A stretch of 64,000 nucleotides of DNA from an uncultured Anaerolineales bacterium (GCA_964603385.1 CAZRUS010000004.1:66632-130631), one strand, 5' to 3'; counted from the first letter of the stretch, positions 26,708 to 36,379 are shown. Made by a program: numbers and translations. Notes: a model not told the origin generated them from the letters alone.

Positions 26708-28078
26708 ATGTCTGTAACAGCGGTTATTCTGGCTGCCGGGAAAGGGACCCGGATGCGCTCATCCTACCCCAAAGTCCTTCATCCGATTCTGGGAAAACCC
26801 ATGGTGTCATATGCCGTTGAAAACGCCGCTGCGGTTACCGGGACGGATCCGGTGCTGGTCATCGGCCATCAGGCTGAGCTGATCAGACAAACACTAGGCA
26901 ATACGGGCATTACCTACGTTCTTCAGGAGGATCAGCTGGGTACCGGCCATGCTGTCCAGCAGGCGGAAAAGATGCTCAGCGGCCGCACAGACCTGGTGCT
27001 GGTGGTCTATGGGGACATGCCTGCGGTTCGACCTGAGACTTTGCGGTCTTTGATTGCCGTGCAGCGCGAACATCAAGGCCCATTGTCTCTGCTGACAGTG
27101 AAGGTGGATAATCCCCGGGGGTTTGGCAGGGTAGTCAGGGACCAGGCAGGAAACATCACAGCCATCGTCGAAGAAGCCGATGCCAGTGAAGAGCAGCTGG
27201 CCATCGACGAGCTGAACGCCGGCCTGTACTGCTTCCGGGCGGATTGGCTCTGGGAGGCGCTGAAAACCCTGCAGCTCTCCCCGCAGGGAGAATACTACCT
27301 GACCGACCTGGTCGCTGCCGCAGTCAATCAGGGGGAGTCTGTTCAGTCCGTGCGGGCGGAAGAGCAGGCAGAGCTGATTGGGATTAATAACAGGATCCAC
27401 CTGGCCGAGGCGGGCAAGATCCTCCAGCGCCGGATCAATCACCACTGGATGCTTGCCGGCGTCAGCCTGCCGGATCCTGAGAGTGTATTCATCGGACCGG
27501 ATGTCTTTCTCAGCCGGGATACCGTGATCCTGCCGAATACCCATCTGCTGGGTTCTACCACCGTAGGGGAAGGCTGTCAGATCGGACCAAACTCCCTGAT
27601 CGTGAACAGCAGGATCGCGGACCGCTGTGAGATCCAGGCCTCCGTTGTGGAAAATGCCCGGGTGGAGGATGATGTCGATATCGGCCCCTTCAGCCATCTG
27701 CGCAAAGGCGCCCATCTGGCTGCCGGTGTCCATCTGGGTAATTTTGGGGAAGTCAAGGATTCCTATCTCGGGGAAGGGACCAAGATGGGACATTTTTCTT
27801 ACCTGGGCAACGCCCAGATCGGCAGAAATGTCAATATTGGCGCCGGGACCATTACCTGTAATTATGATGGCAGGGAAAAGCACACCACAGTGGTGAAGGA
27901 CGGCGCCTTTTTGGGGAGTGACACCATGCTGGTTGCACCTGTTGAGGTGGGTAAAGATGCCCGCACTGGGGCGGGAGCGGTGGTGACCCGAAATATCCCG
28001 GATGACAGCCTGGCTATCGGGGTCCCGGCCCGCAGTCTCAGTCCAGACGCTGAGGGGCAAGGCCCAGAGGACAGGTAA
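26708..28078 (+). CDS. glmU: Bifunctional UDP-N-acetylglucosamine pyrophosphorylase / glucosamine-1-phosphate N-acetyltransferase
   Basis: N-terminal AVILAAGKGTRM nucleotidyltransferase motif, GTGHAV, and C-terminal left-handed beta-helix hexapeptide repeats (IGPNSLIVNSRIADRCEI ..., NIGAGTITCNYDG). Confidence 0.9.
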   Translation: MSVTAVILAAGKGTRMRSSYPKVLHPILGKPMVSYAVENAAAVTGTDPVLVIGHQAELIRQTLGNTGITYVLQEDQLGTGHAVQQAEKMLSGRTDLVLVVYGDMPAVRPETLRSLIAVQREHQGPLSLLTVKVDNPRGFGRVVRDQAGNITAIVEEADASEEQLAIDELNAGLYCFRADWLWEALKTLQLSPQGEYYLTDLVAAAVNQGESVQSVRAEEQAELIGINNRIHLAEAGKILQRRINHHWMLAGVSLPDPESVFIGPDVFLSRDTVILPNTHLLGSTTVGEGCQIGPNSLIVNSRIADRCEIQASVVENARVEDDVDIGPFSHLRKGAHLAAGVHLGNFGEVKDSYLGEGTKMGHFSYLGNAQIGRNVNIGAGTITCNYDGREKHTTVVKDGAFLGSDTMLVAPVEVGKDARTGAGAVVTRNIPDDSLAIGVPARSLSPDAEGQGPEDR

Positions 28079-28129
28079 TTGGGGCCGGATGGGCATGCAG
28101 TCGAGAATATTTCAGATGAGGATCCAGAG

Positions 28130-28534
28130 ATGATCTTAGATCAGGAAACCAAACAGCGCTTGATCCAGAAAGCCCTCCAGGTGCGATCCCGTGCCTATGC
28201 GCCTTATTCCAACTACCAGGTTGGCGCTGCCCTGCTGACCGCAGGGGGGGAAATTTATACTGGAGCAAATGTCGAGAATGCCGCTTACCCAACTTCAATG
28301 TGTGCTGAACGATCTGCTGTCTTTTCAGCAGTATCAGATGGAGAAAGGGAATTCCAGGCTGTTGCTGTGGCCACCCGCAACGGCGGGACCCCCTGTGGCT
28401 CCTGCCGGCAGGTGTTGGCAGAGTTTGGGCTGGATATCGCGGTGCTGATTGTTGACCAGCAGGGGGCCATTATCCAGGAGACCACGGTTTCTGCGCTGCT
28501 GCCCGGTGCTTTTCAGGGGGAAGATTTGGATTGA
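28130..28534 (+). CDS. cdd: Cytidine deaminase (homotetrameric type)
   Basis: ATG 28130 with SD GAGGA. MILDQETKQRLIQKALQVRSRAYAPYSNYQVGAALLT. Zinc motifs CAERSAVF and PCGSCRQVLAEF. Confidence 0.9.
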   Translation: MILDQETKQRLIQKALQVRSRAYAPYSNYQVGAALLTAGGEIYTGANVENAAYPTSMCAERSAVFSAVSDGEREFQAVAVATRNGGTPCGSCRQVLAEFGLDIAVLIVDQQGAIIQETTVSALLPGAFQGEDLD

Positions 28535-28539
28535 GTGCG

Positions 28540-29760
28540 CTACCAGCTGGGTACCGGCGTGGCAACTAAGAGGGCATTTTCAAGCACCCACCCATCCAGA
28601 ATGGCCCCTTCCTGGTCTTGATAACGGACATTAAGCCAATTTCTACCAAGATCATCTGTCTGCGGATTGGGGTCGAGAATTTCCACAATGTGTCCATTTA
28701 ACAGCGTGATCACCCGGCTGCTCTCGGTGTCGGGATCACTTCGAATGGTCGCGCCGCCATATTCACCGCTGGCGTTGATTTCCCCATACATGGGGGTTGG
28801 CTTGGGGGTGATCGTGCTGGTTGCAGTCGGCGGCAAGGTGGGGGTGGCCGTGGGGACTGTGGGGGAGGGAGTGATCGTGGGCGGGAGGGGTGTGTTGGTG
28901 GGTGTGCTTGTGGGGGGGCGTGGAGTTGGTGTGGTGGTCGCGGTGGGGATCGGTGTGGGAATGGCGATATTCCCGCCAAAAACCGCTCCCATCCCGCTGA
29001 GAATGATCACGCCCAGGATGCTCAGGATGGTGATAACACTGCCAAGTGTGTACCCGAGCATGGAGAGCGGCCGGATGCCCACCACCAGGAAAACAACCAT
29101 ACCGGTGATGGCCAGCACTGCCAGATGAATGCCAAACACCACCAGTCCATCTGGCCATAAGTACGGCAGTCCGCTGCCCAATCCGACCCCGGCAATGGTC
29201 AGGGGAATATAGAGTTCATAGGCCAGGGCAACGCTGGAAAGCAGAGGGGAATTTTCTTTTCTGGTCACCCCCTGGATGGTAAAGAGCGTGCCGACAATCA
29301 GCAGCAGCAAATGCGGCCAGGTCAGCTGGGCATGATGGGTGATGGCCTGCACATCGATGCCCTGAAAAATCGGTGTGGTATACCCGCCGAGAATCCCCAC
29401 CAGGAATACAAACGCCCCGGCAATCAGAGAGCCGATCAGGCGCTGCAGGAAAAACTTGATCGATCCGGTGGCCGCCCCCAGGGCGATGCCAATAAATGGG
29501 GTCAGCGGCGGGGCGGCCAGCACGCCCAGCACCAATAAGGCCGGGGCGTTAACAAGAACTCCCACGGTGAGGATCGCTGCGGAGAACAAAGAAAACAGAA
29601 AGAAATCGAAGGTGGGTATTGTCTCTCTGGCCAGGGCATCGATCCCCTGCACTTCAGACTTCAGATCTTCTGGGATCAATCCTCGCTGAGCTCGCCGCCG
29701 GCGGGCGGGCGGGAGATTTTCTTGTTCATCGGGAAACTGCTCGGATTTGGGGATCGACAT
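28540..29760 (-). CDS. Multi-TM protein (DUF389-like) with a Pro/Thr-rich linker and a C-terminal SH3b-like domain
   Basis: TM core LVLGVLAAPPLTPFIGIALGAATGS resembles the DUF389 signature. A ~55-aa P/T linker (PTPIPTATTTPTPRPPTSTPTNTPLPPTITPSP...) follows. C-terminal YGEINASGEYGGATIRSDPDTESSRVITLLNGHIVEIL ... WLNVRYQDQEGAILDGWV is SH3b-like. Confidence 0.7.
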   Translation of the reverse strand: MSIPKSEQFPDEQENLPPARRRRAQRGLIPEDLKSEVQGIDALARETIPTFDFFLFSLFSAAILTVGVLVNAPALLVLGVLAAPPLTPFIGIALGAATGSIKFFLQRLIGSLIAGAFVFLVGILGGYTTPIFQGIDVQAITHHAQLTWPHLLLLIVGTLFTIQGVTRKENSPLLSSVALAYELYIPLTIAGVGLGSGLPYLWPDGLVVFGIHLAVLAITGMVVFLVVGIRPLSMLGYTLGSVITILSILGVIILSGMGAVFGGNIAIPTPIPTATTTPTPRPPTSTPTNTPLPPTITPSPTVPTATPTLPPTATSTITPKPTPMYGEINASGEYGGATIRSDPDTESSRVITLLNGHIVEILDPNPQTDDLGRNWLNVRYQDQEGAILDGWVLENALLVATPVPSW

Positions 29761-29775
29761 AATATTATTTACGGA

Positions 29776-30246
29776 TCAATGACGTAAGGTGGCTTTCAGC
29801 CGCTGGGGATGGAGCAGCAGATTCAGGGCTGCTTCAATATCCGGAACGATGATATCCGCTCTGCTTAGCGTCTCCCGGGCGGTTCCCTCCGGAGAGATCA
29901 GGCAGATGCCCAGCCTGGCAGCAGCCAGCATACCGGCATCATTGGCTCCCTGCCCCACAGCTGCGGTGGTGTTGGCGCCCAGCTGACGAACAAACTGAGC
30001 TTTCTGCTCAGCTTCTGGACCGCTTTCAATCCGGGTGGCTTGCAGCCCAAGCTGGCGGTCAATCTCAGCTTGCCGACCGTGCGTATTGGCAGTCAGCAGG
30101 TGAACAGATAGAGAGTCCCGGAGCTCATTGAACAGGGGAATCACTGCCGGAAGGAGAACACCGCCCACAGCCAGCGTGCCATTGACGTCAAAGACAACGT
30201 CCGTCAGGGTCAGAAGATCCCAGCCGGGAATCTCTAATCGAATCAT
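29776..30246 (-). CDS. HAD-superfamily protein resembling the P-domain of P-type ATPases (soluble P-type ATPase-like)
   Basis: Motif I FDVNGTLA follows the D-x-x-G-T pattern of DKTGT. The hinge-like GQGANDAGMLAAA resembles GDGxNDxP. Confidence 0.7.
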   Translation of the reverse strand: MIRLEIPGWDLLTLTDVVFDVNGTLAVGGVLLPAVIPLFNELRDSLSVHLLTANTHGRQAEIDRQLGLQATRIESGPEAEQKAQFVRQLGANTTAAVGQGANDAGMLAAARLGICLISPEGTARETLSRADIIVPDIEAALNLLLHPQRLKATLRH

Positions 30247-30331
30247 AATCCTATGTATTATACTAGAATACTCATCCTGGAAAATAAATAGTAAAATAAA
30301 GCCTGATTAGCTTTTTTAAGGGAGAGTATCC

Positions 30332-31375
30332 TTGCGCAAACAAAGCATTTGGCTCCTGATCGCGCTCTTATCGCTGCTCCTGGGCGGCTGCGGGATGCTG
30401 TCCAGCGAGGAAACGCCCGCACCGCAGCTTCCCGGTACTCCCACGAATATCCCCACCGGAACGCCGGCGGATACAACCACCCCGCTCGCGCCGGTCGGTG
30501 TGCTGCTCAGCGGCCCGGATGTTGACCCGGTTCTGCGGGAAGAGCTGACCCCCATGATCACCGAGGACCTGAAGGCGGAAGGGCTGCGCTTTCAGCAGCT
30601 GCAGACCATGAAACCGGAAGATTTCCGGGAGGAAGAGTACCGCCTGGTCGTGGTTCTGCCGCCTTATCCGGAGCTCACCGCGCTGGCTGCTTCAGCACCG
30701 GAAGTAAAATTCCTGGCTGTTGGATTCCGGGAGCTGCAGCCCGCAGCCAACCTCAGTGTCCTGCGGCCCGACCAGAGTGATTATGGAGTGCAGGGATTTA
30801 TTGCCGGGTATATAGCAGCCGTGATCACGCCGGACTGGCGTGTGGGTGCAGTCGGTCTGGATGAGAACGAGAAGGCGCTGGCAGCCCGGGAGGGATTTGT
30901 GGTGGGGGCGAAATATTTCTGCGGATTATGCAATCCAAAATATGCGCCGACCGGCGTTAATTATCTCTATCCTAAATATGTCGACCTTCCCCCGGAGGCC
31001 AGTCAACTGGATATCACTGCCAATGTCAAGCTGCTGCTGGACCGTGCTGTCCAGACCTTTTACATCACACCGGGAGCCGGGGATCCTGTGATCTATGACA
31101 TGCTAATTGAGGGAGAGGCCAGGATCATCGGCCCGGGATCAGATTTTCGGGAGGAATATTGGGACCATTGGGTAGCCTCATTAGAATATGACCTGACCGC
31201 TGCCTATCAGGATTCCTGGCCCGAATTTCTCGGCGGTGAAGTGGGGGAAGAGTTTGTTCCGCCGCTTTTAATTAATGATGTCAATCAGGAATTTCTCAGC
31301 CCGGGAAAGCTGCTGGCGGTTGAGGACCTGCTCACCGAGGTCAGTGCCGGGTATATCAGCACCACCCTGGATTAA
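30332..31375 (+). CDS. BMP-family (basic membrane protein / PnrA-like) ABC substrate-binding lipoprotein
   Basis: TTG start 5 nt after SD GGAGAG. Lipobox LLSLLLGGCG and a P/T linker. APEVKFLAVGF and GVQGFIAGYIAAVIT are BMP-like. It heads a BMP-type ABC operon. Confidence 0.75.
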   Translation: MRKQSIWLLIALLSLLLGGCGMLSSEETPAPQLPGTPTNIPTGTPADTTTPLAPVGVLLSGPDVDPVLREELTPMITEDLKAEGLRFQQLQTMKPEDFREEEYRLVVVLPPYPELTALAASAPEVKFLAVGFRELQPAANLSVLRPDQSDYGVQGFIAGYIAAVITPDWRVGAVGLDENEKALAAREGFVVGAKYFCGLCNPKYAPTGVNYLYPKYVDLPPEASQLDITANVKLLLDRAVQTFYITPGAGDPVIYDMLIEGEARIIGPGSDFREEYWDHWVASLEYDLTAAYQDSWPEFLGGEVGEEFVPPLLINDVNQEFLSPGKLLAVEDLLTEVSAGYISTTLD

Positions 31376-31533
31376 TTCTCTGACGTCGCCCCGCATGATC
31401 GCTCTGGGAACCAGGCTGGCAAGATGAGGATTTTTCCATTGTTCCGCCTGATTGATTGTGCTACACTTCACTTATTCATATTAGACGGAAAAAAGCGTTT
31501 CCTTAAAAAGAAATTTATAAAGGATACCATTTT

Positions 31534-33069
31534 ATGTCTCCTGTGTTAGAACTACGTGGGATCACGAAATCATTTCCGGGCGTTCTGGCCAATGATCATA
31601 TTGATCTGGAGCTGGAGGAGGGAGAAATCCTTGCCCTGTTGGGGGAGAATGGTGCTGGGAAAAGCACCCTGATGAATATCCTCTATGGACTCTACACCCC
31701 TGATGAAGGGGAGATCTTCATCCGGGGTGATCAAGTGGAAATACAAAATCCCAGTGATGCCATCGATCGGGGGATTGGGATGGTCCATCAGCACTTTATG
31801 CTGGTGCCCGTGCTGACTGTGACTGAGAATGTCATGCTGGGCAATGAGCCCATCCGGAATGGCGTTTTCCTCAACCAGGCCAAAGCAGCAGAGAAAATCC
31901 GCCAGATTTCAGAGCAGTACAAACTGGATGTGGATCCCTCGTCATATATCAAGGATCTCCCGGTTGGCGTCCAGCAGCGGGTGGAGATCATCAAGCTGCT
32001 CTATAGAGAGGCGGATATCCTCATTCTGGATGAGCCGACTGCGGTGCTTACTCCGCAGGAGATTGATGAGCTCTTTAAGGTGATCCGCAGCCTGCTGGAT
32101 CGGGGAAAATCGATAATTTTCATCACCCACAAACTGGGGGAGGTGATGGAGATTGCCGATAAGATTGCTGTGCTGCGGATGGGAAGGATGGTGGGCACGG
32201 CGGTCCCCGAAGAAACCTCTGAAAAAGAACTGGCCTCCATGATGGTGGGGAGAGAAGTCGTCCTTAAGGTGGATAAGCCGCCTTCCCATCCTGAGGGGAA
32301 AGTGTTGGAAGTCAGGGATCTTCATGCCCTGGATGAGCGCGGGAACAAGATGGTAAACGGTGTCAATCTTGATGTTCAGGCCGGGGAAATCCTTGGTGTA
32401 GCCGGTGTGCAGGGCAACGGTCAGACCGAGCTTGTGCAGGTGCTCACCGGTCTGCGCGACCCAGTTTCGGGTCAGATCCTGATTAACGGGCAGGATATGA
32501 CCGGGGCCTCTCCGCGGAAGGTGCTCGATGCCGGCGTCGCTCACGTTCCGGAGGACAGGCAGCATGACGGTCTGGTGCTCAGCTTCCCGGTAGCGGATAA
32601 TTTGGTGCTGAATACCTACGCAAAGAAACCCTTTACCAAGGGGTTGACCATGCAGGAAAAAATCATTGATGAGACCGCCAGGAAGCGGGTGCAGGAGTTT
32701 GATGTCCGCACCCCGGGCGTGATGATCCCGGTGGCCAATCTATCAGGCGGAAATCAGCAAAAGGTGATTGTAGCCCGGGAGTTTTCCCGTCCGATCAAGC
32801 TGCTGATTGCTGCCCAGCCTACCCGGGGTCTTGATGTGGGATCGATTGAATACATCCACAAGCGGATTATTGAAAAACGGGATGACGGCACCGCGGTTCT
32901 GCTGGTCTCAACCGAGTTGGAGGAAATCATCAGCCTTTCTGACCGCATCGCGGTCATGTTCAAAGGAAAAATTCTGGATGTTCTCCCGGCGGATGAAGTC
33001 ACCAGAGCCGAACTCGGGTTGCTGATGGCTGGTGTGGTAGAGGAGGAGGAGCAGCATGGCAGAAAATAA
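31534..33069 (+). CDS. ABC transporter ATP-binding protein with duplicated ATPase domains (sugar/nucleoside, BMP-operon type)
   Basis: Domain 1 has GENGAGKST, a degenerate signature (LPVGVQQR) and ILILDEPTAVL. Domain 2 has a degenerate Walker A (GVQGNGQTE), LSGGNQQKV and LLIAAQPTRGLD. Confidence 0.9.
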   Translation: MSPVLELRGITKSFPGVLANDHIDLELEEGEILALLGENGAGKSTLMNILYGLYTPDEGEIFIRGDQVEIQNPSDAIDRGIGMVHQHFMLVPVLTVTENVMLGNEPIRNGVFLNQAKAAEKIRQISEQYKLDVDPSSYIKDLPVGVQQRVEIIKLLYREADILILDEPTAVLTPQEIDELFKVIRSLLDRGKSIIFITHKLGEVMEIADKIAVLRMGRMVGTAVPEETSEKELASMMVGREVVLKVDKPPSHPEGKVLEVRDLHALDERGNKMVNGVNLDVQAGEILGVAGVQGNGQTELVQVLTGLRDPVSGQILINGQDMTGASPRKVLDAGVAHVPEDRQHDGLVLSFPVADNLVLNTYAKKPFTKGLTMQEKIIDETARKRVQEFDVRTPGVMIPVANLSGGNQQKVIVAREFSRPIKLLIAAQPTRGLDVGSIEYIHKRIIEKRDDGTAVLLVSTELEEIISLSDRIAVMFKGKILDVLPADEVTRAELGLLMAGVVEEEEQHGRK

Positions 33070-34711
33070 TCAGCGGGCTTTGCTCGGCCTGGTAGTGTAT
33101 GGTGAGGATGTTCACGGCGGTGGGATCGCCCAGTATGCCCATCAGGGGGCGCAGCGGGTCGCAGAGCAGCGGGATCTGGAGATCACCCTGGTGGAAAGCG
33201 ACCAGACGGAAGAGGTCCAAAAGGAAATCCAGGAGCTGCTGGAGAAAGACCTCCGGGTGATGATCACCACCAGTCTGCATACCGGACAGATTGCGGAAGA
33301 CCTGGCTGAGGAACATCCTGAGGTCACTTTCATCACCATAAATTATCAAGCGCAGAAAAAACTGAAAAACCTTACCTCGCTGCCTGTGGAGCTGCACCGC
33401 ATTGAGGAGCTGGAAACGCTGCTGGCTGCCCATCTTGCCGTGCAGCTGGATCGGGAAAAGATGGGCATCTGGCAGACATTCCGGCTGGCGTTGATGGAGT
33501 GGAATGCCCAGACCATCCTCATCCCGCTGCTGGCGTTCATTTCCGCATTGATCATTGGGGCATTTTTCATTGCCGGGTTTGATCCTGACGTTTGGGCGGC
33601 TTTTCAAGGTGGTTTTCGGCCCGGAATCAGCGCAGCATACCAGGCGGTGGTGGAAGCTTATTCCGCTCTCTGGGACGGTTCGGTGGGCAATCCCCGGGAA
33701 ATGGTAGAAGCCTTCAGAACCTTTTTCAGCAGTGGAGAAACCGATCTCCTGGTAAGGGCCTTATCTCCTTTGATGGAAAGTCTGCGGATTTCCACCCCCT
33801 ACATCCTGACCGGGTTGAGTGTTGCGCTGGGCTTCCGGGCCGGCCTGTTCAACATTGGGGCTGAAGGGCAGTATTTCATTGGTGGATTGACCAGCGTCTT
33901 TATCGGCTATTCCGTTCAGGGGCTGCCCTGGTATATTCATTTGCCGCTGGCTCTGACAGCGGGGTTCCTGGGAGGCGCTTTGTGGGGAGGAGTGGCGGGT
34001 TTTTTGAAGGCAAAAACCGGGGCGCATGAGGTGATCACCACCATTATGCTGAACTATATCGCCTACAATCTGGCTGAATTTCTGCTCCAGGTGGGCGGTC
34101 CGATGGCCCGTCCTAATGATTCCCGACCCATCAGCCCGGAAATCCTCAGCTCTGCCAGGCTGCCGCAGTTTTTCCCTGATAACCCCGCCATCCGCATTAA
34201 TGTCGGTTTGTTCCTGGCCCTGCTGATGGTTTTTGTGGTCTGGTATCTGCTCTTCAAAACCCCAATCGGGTTTGAGCTCCGCACCGTGGGCTCCAACCCC
34301 CGGGCGGCGAAAACTGCCGGGATGAACATCGGCTGGACATACATGCTGGCCATGGGGTTGGCCGGCGGTCTGGCTGGATTGGCCGGCACACATGACATTC
34401 TCGGAGTGCTGAAATATATGCCCAATGCGTTTCAGTCCGGATACGGTTTTGATGCCATCGCTCTGGCACTGCTGGGCAAGAGTCATCCGCTGGGAGTGCT
34501 GCTGGCATCCCTGCTGTTTGGCTTCCTCCGGGCGGGTGCTGTCCAGATGCAGGGGGCGGCCCAGATTCCGGTGGATATCATCTCAATTCTTCAGGGTTTA
34601 ATTATTGTCTTCGTGGCTGCTCCTGAGCTGATCCGGGCCTTGTACCGGCTGCGGGATACAGGAGAAGAGGGCGAGGCTGTGCTGACCACCGGCTGGGGTG
34701 GACAGGTCTAG
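33056..34711 (+). CDS. BMP-operon ABC permease with a ~135-aa N-terminal extension resembling a BMP binding-protein N-lobe
   Basis: ATG 33056 is preceded by GAGGAGGAGGAG and overlaps the ATPase stop. The permease core starts near TILIPLLAFISALIIGAFFIAGF and includes FNIGAEGQ, typical of this permease family. For the extension, see findings. Confidence 0.8.
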   Translation: MAENNQRALLGLVVYGEDVHGGGIAQYAHQGAQRVAEQRDLEITLVESDQTEEVQKEIQELLEKDLRVMITTSLHTGQIAEDLAEEHPEVTFITINYQAQKKLKNLTSLPVELHRIEELETLLAAHLAVQLDREKMGIWQTFRLALMEWNAQTILIPLLAFISALIIGAFFIAGFDPDVWAAFQGGFRPGISAAYQAVVEAYSALWDGSVGNPREMVEAFRTFFSSGETDLLVRALSPLMESLRISTPYILTGLSVALGFRAGLFNIGAEGQYFIGGLTSVFIGYSVQGLPWYIHLPLALTAGFLGGALWGGVAGFLKAKTGAHEVITTIMLNYIAYNLAEFLLQVGGPMARPNDSRPISPEILSSARLPQFFPDNPAIRINVGLFLALLMVFVVWYLLFKTPIGFELRTVGSNPRAAKTAGMNIGWTYMLAMGLAGGLAGLAGTHDILGVLKYMPNAFQSGYGFDAIALALLGKSHPLGVLLASLLFGFLRAGAVQMQGAAQIPVDIISILQGLIIVFVAAPELIRALYRLRDTGEEGEAVLTTGWGGQV

Positions 34712-34725
34712 GAAGGAGCGAATTC

Positions 34726-36024
34726 ATGTCTGCGGTTACAAGCGAAAAACGAGTTACCCGAAAAAAGTTCTCCCTGAATCGATCCCAGATTTATGGAATT
34801 CTCTACCTGCTGGTTGCGGTGTTCATCATCTTTGTTTTTGCACAGGCGGCCGAGCCCGGGCAGATGTCCACGTTTCGTCTCACCCCGCCCCGCTCAGAGG
34901 CGCTTCCGGTTCCTGATCTGATTTTTCCCAGCCAGATCAGCCTGTATGTCTTCGCTGTCATCGTTGCCTTTGTGGGCGGGTGGCAGCTGGCGAAGGGTTT
35001 CCAGCGGTTAAATCTGGTGCTGGTCTTCATGGCCATTCTCTTTGTGATCGCCTTCCTGACCTGGGCGGCCAGGGGAAGGTCCCTTAATTTCACCTCTCTG
35101 ATGGCCAATGCGCTGCTCAGAGCCACCCCGATTGCCCTGGCCGGGCTTTCCGGTGTGCTCTGTGAACGGGCTGCGGTGATCAACATCGCCATCGAAGGGA
35201 TGATGCTCAGCGGGGCCTTTACCACCACGATCGCGGCCAGCATCGCCTCCAATCTCTGGGCCTGGTCGGATGGCCTGTCCTTGCTGTTTGGGTTGATAGT
35301 CGGCCTGCTGACGGGGGGTCTGCTGGGTCTGGTGCTGGCAGTGTTAGCTGTGCGGTACAAGGTGGACCAAATTGTGGCCGGGACGGCGATTAACATCCTC
35401 TCGACAGGGATCACCAGCTTCCTGGTCTCCCGAATCCTGGTGGAATTCCAGAATCTGAACCAGGCACCGATCTTTCCCAAGGTCAGTTTGCCGCTGTTTT
35501 CCCGGATTCCGATCCTTGGACCGGTTCTCTTCAATCAAAATCTACTCTTTTACCTGATGTTCGTGGTGATTGCCGCCATTCACATTATGCTTTTCTACAC
35601 CCGCTGGGGGCTGCGCACCCGGGCTGTTGGCGAACATCCCAAAGCTGCGGACACCCTGGGTGTACGGGTCTATTTCACCCGCTACGTCAACACCATCCTG
35701 GGCGGGATGGTTGCCGGGCTCGGCGGAGCTTTCCTGGTGATAGGATCTGTGGGAAGGTTCGATGAAGTGATGACCGCCGGGAAGGGATTTATCGGCCTGG
35801 CGGCAATGATCTTTGGGAAATGGATGCCATTCGGGGTCTTCGGCGCTGCCAGCATCTTTGGGTTTGCCGATTCGCTGCAGAGCAAGCTGGCGATTCTTGA
35901 TGTGCCCATTCCCTCCCAGTTCCTGCTGATGGCTCCCTACCTGATCACCATTATCGTCCTTGCCGGCGTCATTGGGGAAGCCATCCCGCCGGCCGCTGAC
36001 GGTCAGCCTTATGTGAAAGAATAA
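34726..36024 (+). CDS. BMP-operon ABC permease (second subunit)
   Basis: SD GGAAGGAG upstream. Multi-TM, with INIAIEGMMLSGAF typical of the paired permease. Confidence 0.85.
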   Translation: MSAVTSEKRVTRKKFSLNRSQIYGILYLLVAVFIIFVFAQAAEPGQMSTFRLTPPRSEALPVPDLIFPSQISLYVFAVIVAFVGGWQLAKGFQRLNLVLVFMAILFVIAFLTWAARGRSLNFTSLMANALLRATPIALAGLSGVLCERAAVINIAIEGMMLSGAFTTTIAASIASNLWAWSDGLSLLFGLIVGLLTGGLLGLVLAVLAVRYKVDQIVAGTAINILSTGITSFLVSRILVEFQNLNQAPIFPKVSLPLFSRIPILGPVLFNQNLLFYLMFVVIAAIHIMLFYTRWGLRTRAVGEHPKAADTLGVRVYFTRYVNTILGGMVAGLGGAFLVIGSVGRFDEVMTAGKGFIGLAAMIFGKWMPFGVFGAASIFGFADSLQSKLAILDVPIPSQFLLMAPYLITIIVLAGVIGEAIPPAADGQPYVKE

Positions 36025-36052
36025 TCAACCCCCCGCTGTGACAGAAATAACC

Positions 36053-36080
36053 AAACAGGCTGTCTCCGGACAGCCTGTTT
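36053..36080. terminator. Bidirectional hairpin terminator between convergent genes
   Basis: 12-bp stem AAACAGGCTGTC / GACAGCCTGTTT with loop TCCG, lying between the + operon stop (36024) and the minus gene stop (36106). Confidence 0.65.
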
Positions 36081-36105
36081 GCGGTAATGCTCCGATAGGG
36101 AATTG

Positions 36106-36360
36106 CTACAATTTTGATTTGGCCAGCTCATCAAACCCCAGACTTTTCAGCGCCATGTAGGCAGAGCGATCCCGGGCTTCATTGAACACCTTTCTGGCTC
36201 TGGATAATGCGGCCCGTTTTTCTTTGCGGTCCTTGGCCAGCAGGGAGGCCCGGCGTTTCTTTTCTAAAAAATCGGCTGCTGCAGAGACATCATCATTTCC
36301 TGCCTCCAGCGCCTCCAGGGCGTATGCCTTTAAATATTCCCGATAAATCGATTGGTCCAT
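36106..36360 (-). CDS. Small helical Lys/Arg-rich hypothetical protein (84 aa)
   Basis: Strong SD (CAGGAGGATGT-ATG), 19 nt downstream of murJ. No recognisable motif. Confidence 0.6.
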   Translation of the reverse strand: MDQSIYREYLKAYALEALEAGNDDVSAAADFLEKKRRASLLAKDRKEKRAALSRARKVFNEARDRSAYMALKSLGFDELAKSKL

Positions 36361-36379
36361 ACATCCTCCTGAGCTTTCA

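Noticed and set aside
26894-28096. 400-aa minus-strand ORF opposite glmU
   Set aside because: glmU on the + strand is unambiguous (nucleotidyltransferase motif plus hexapeptide repeats). The antisense frame has no motifs.
28763-29158. Repetitive-looking DNA and several overlapping ORFs on both strands, considered as a possible tandem repeat or CRISPR-like array
   Set aside because: It encodes the Pro/Thr-rich linker of the 28540-29760 protein. The repeats are degenerate codon-level ACN/CCN runs without constant repeat/spacer periodicity.
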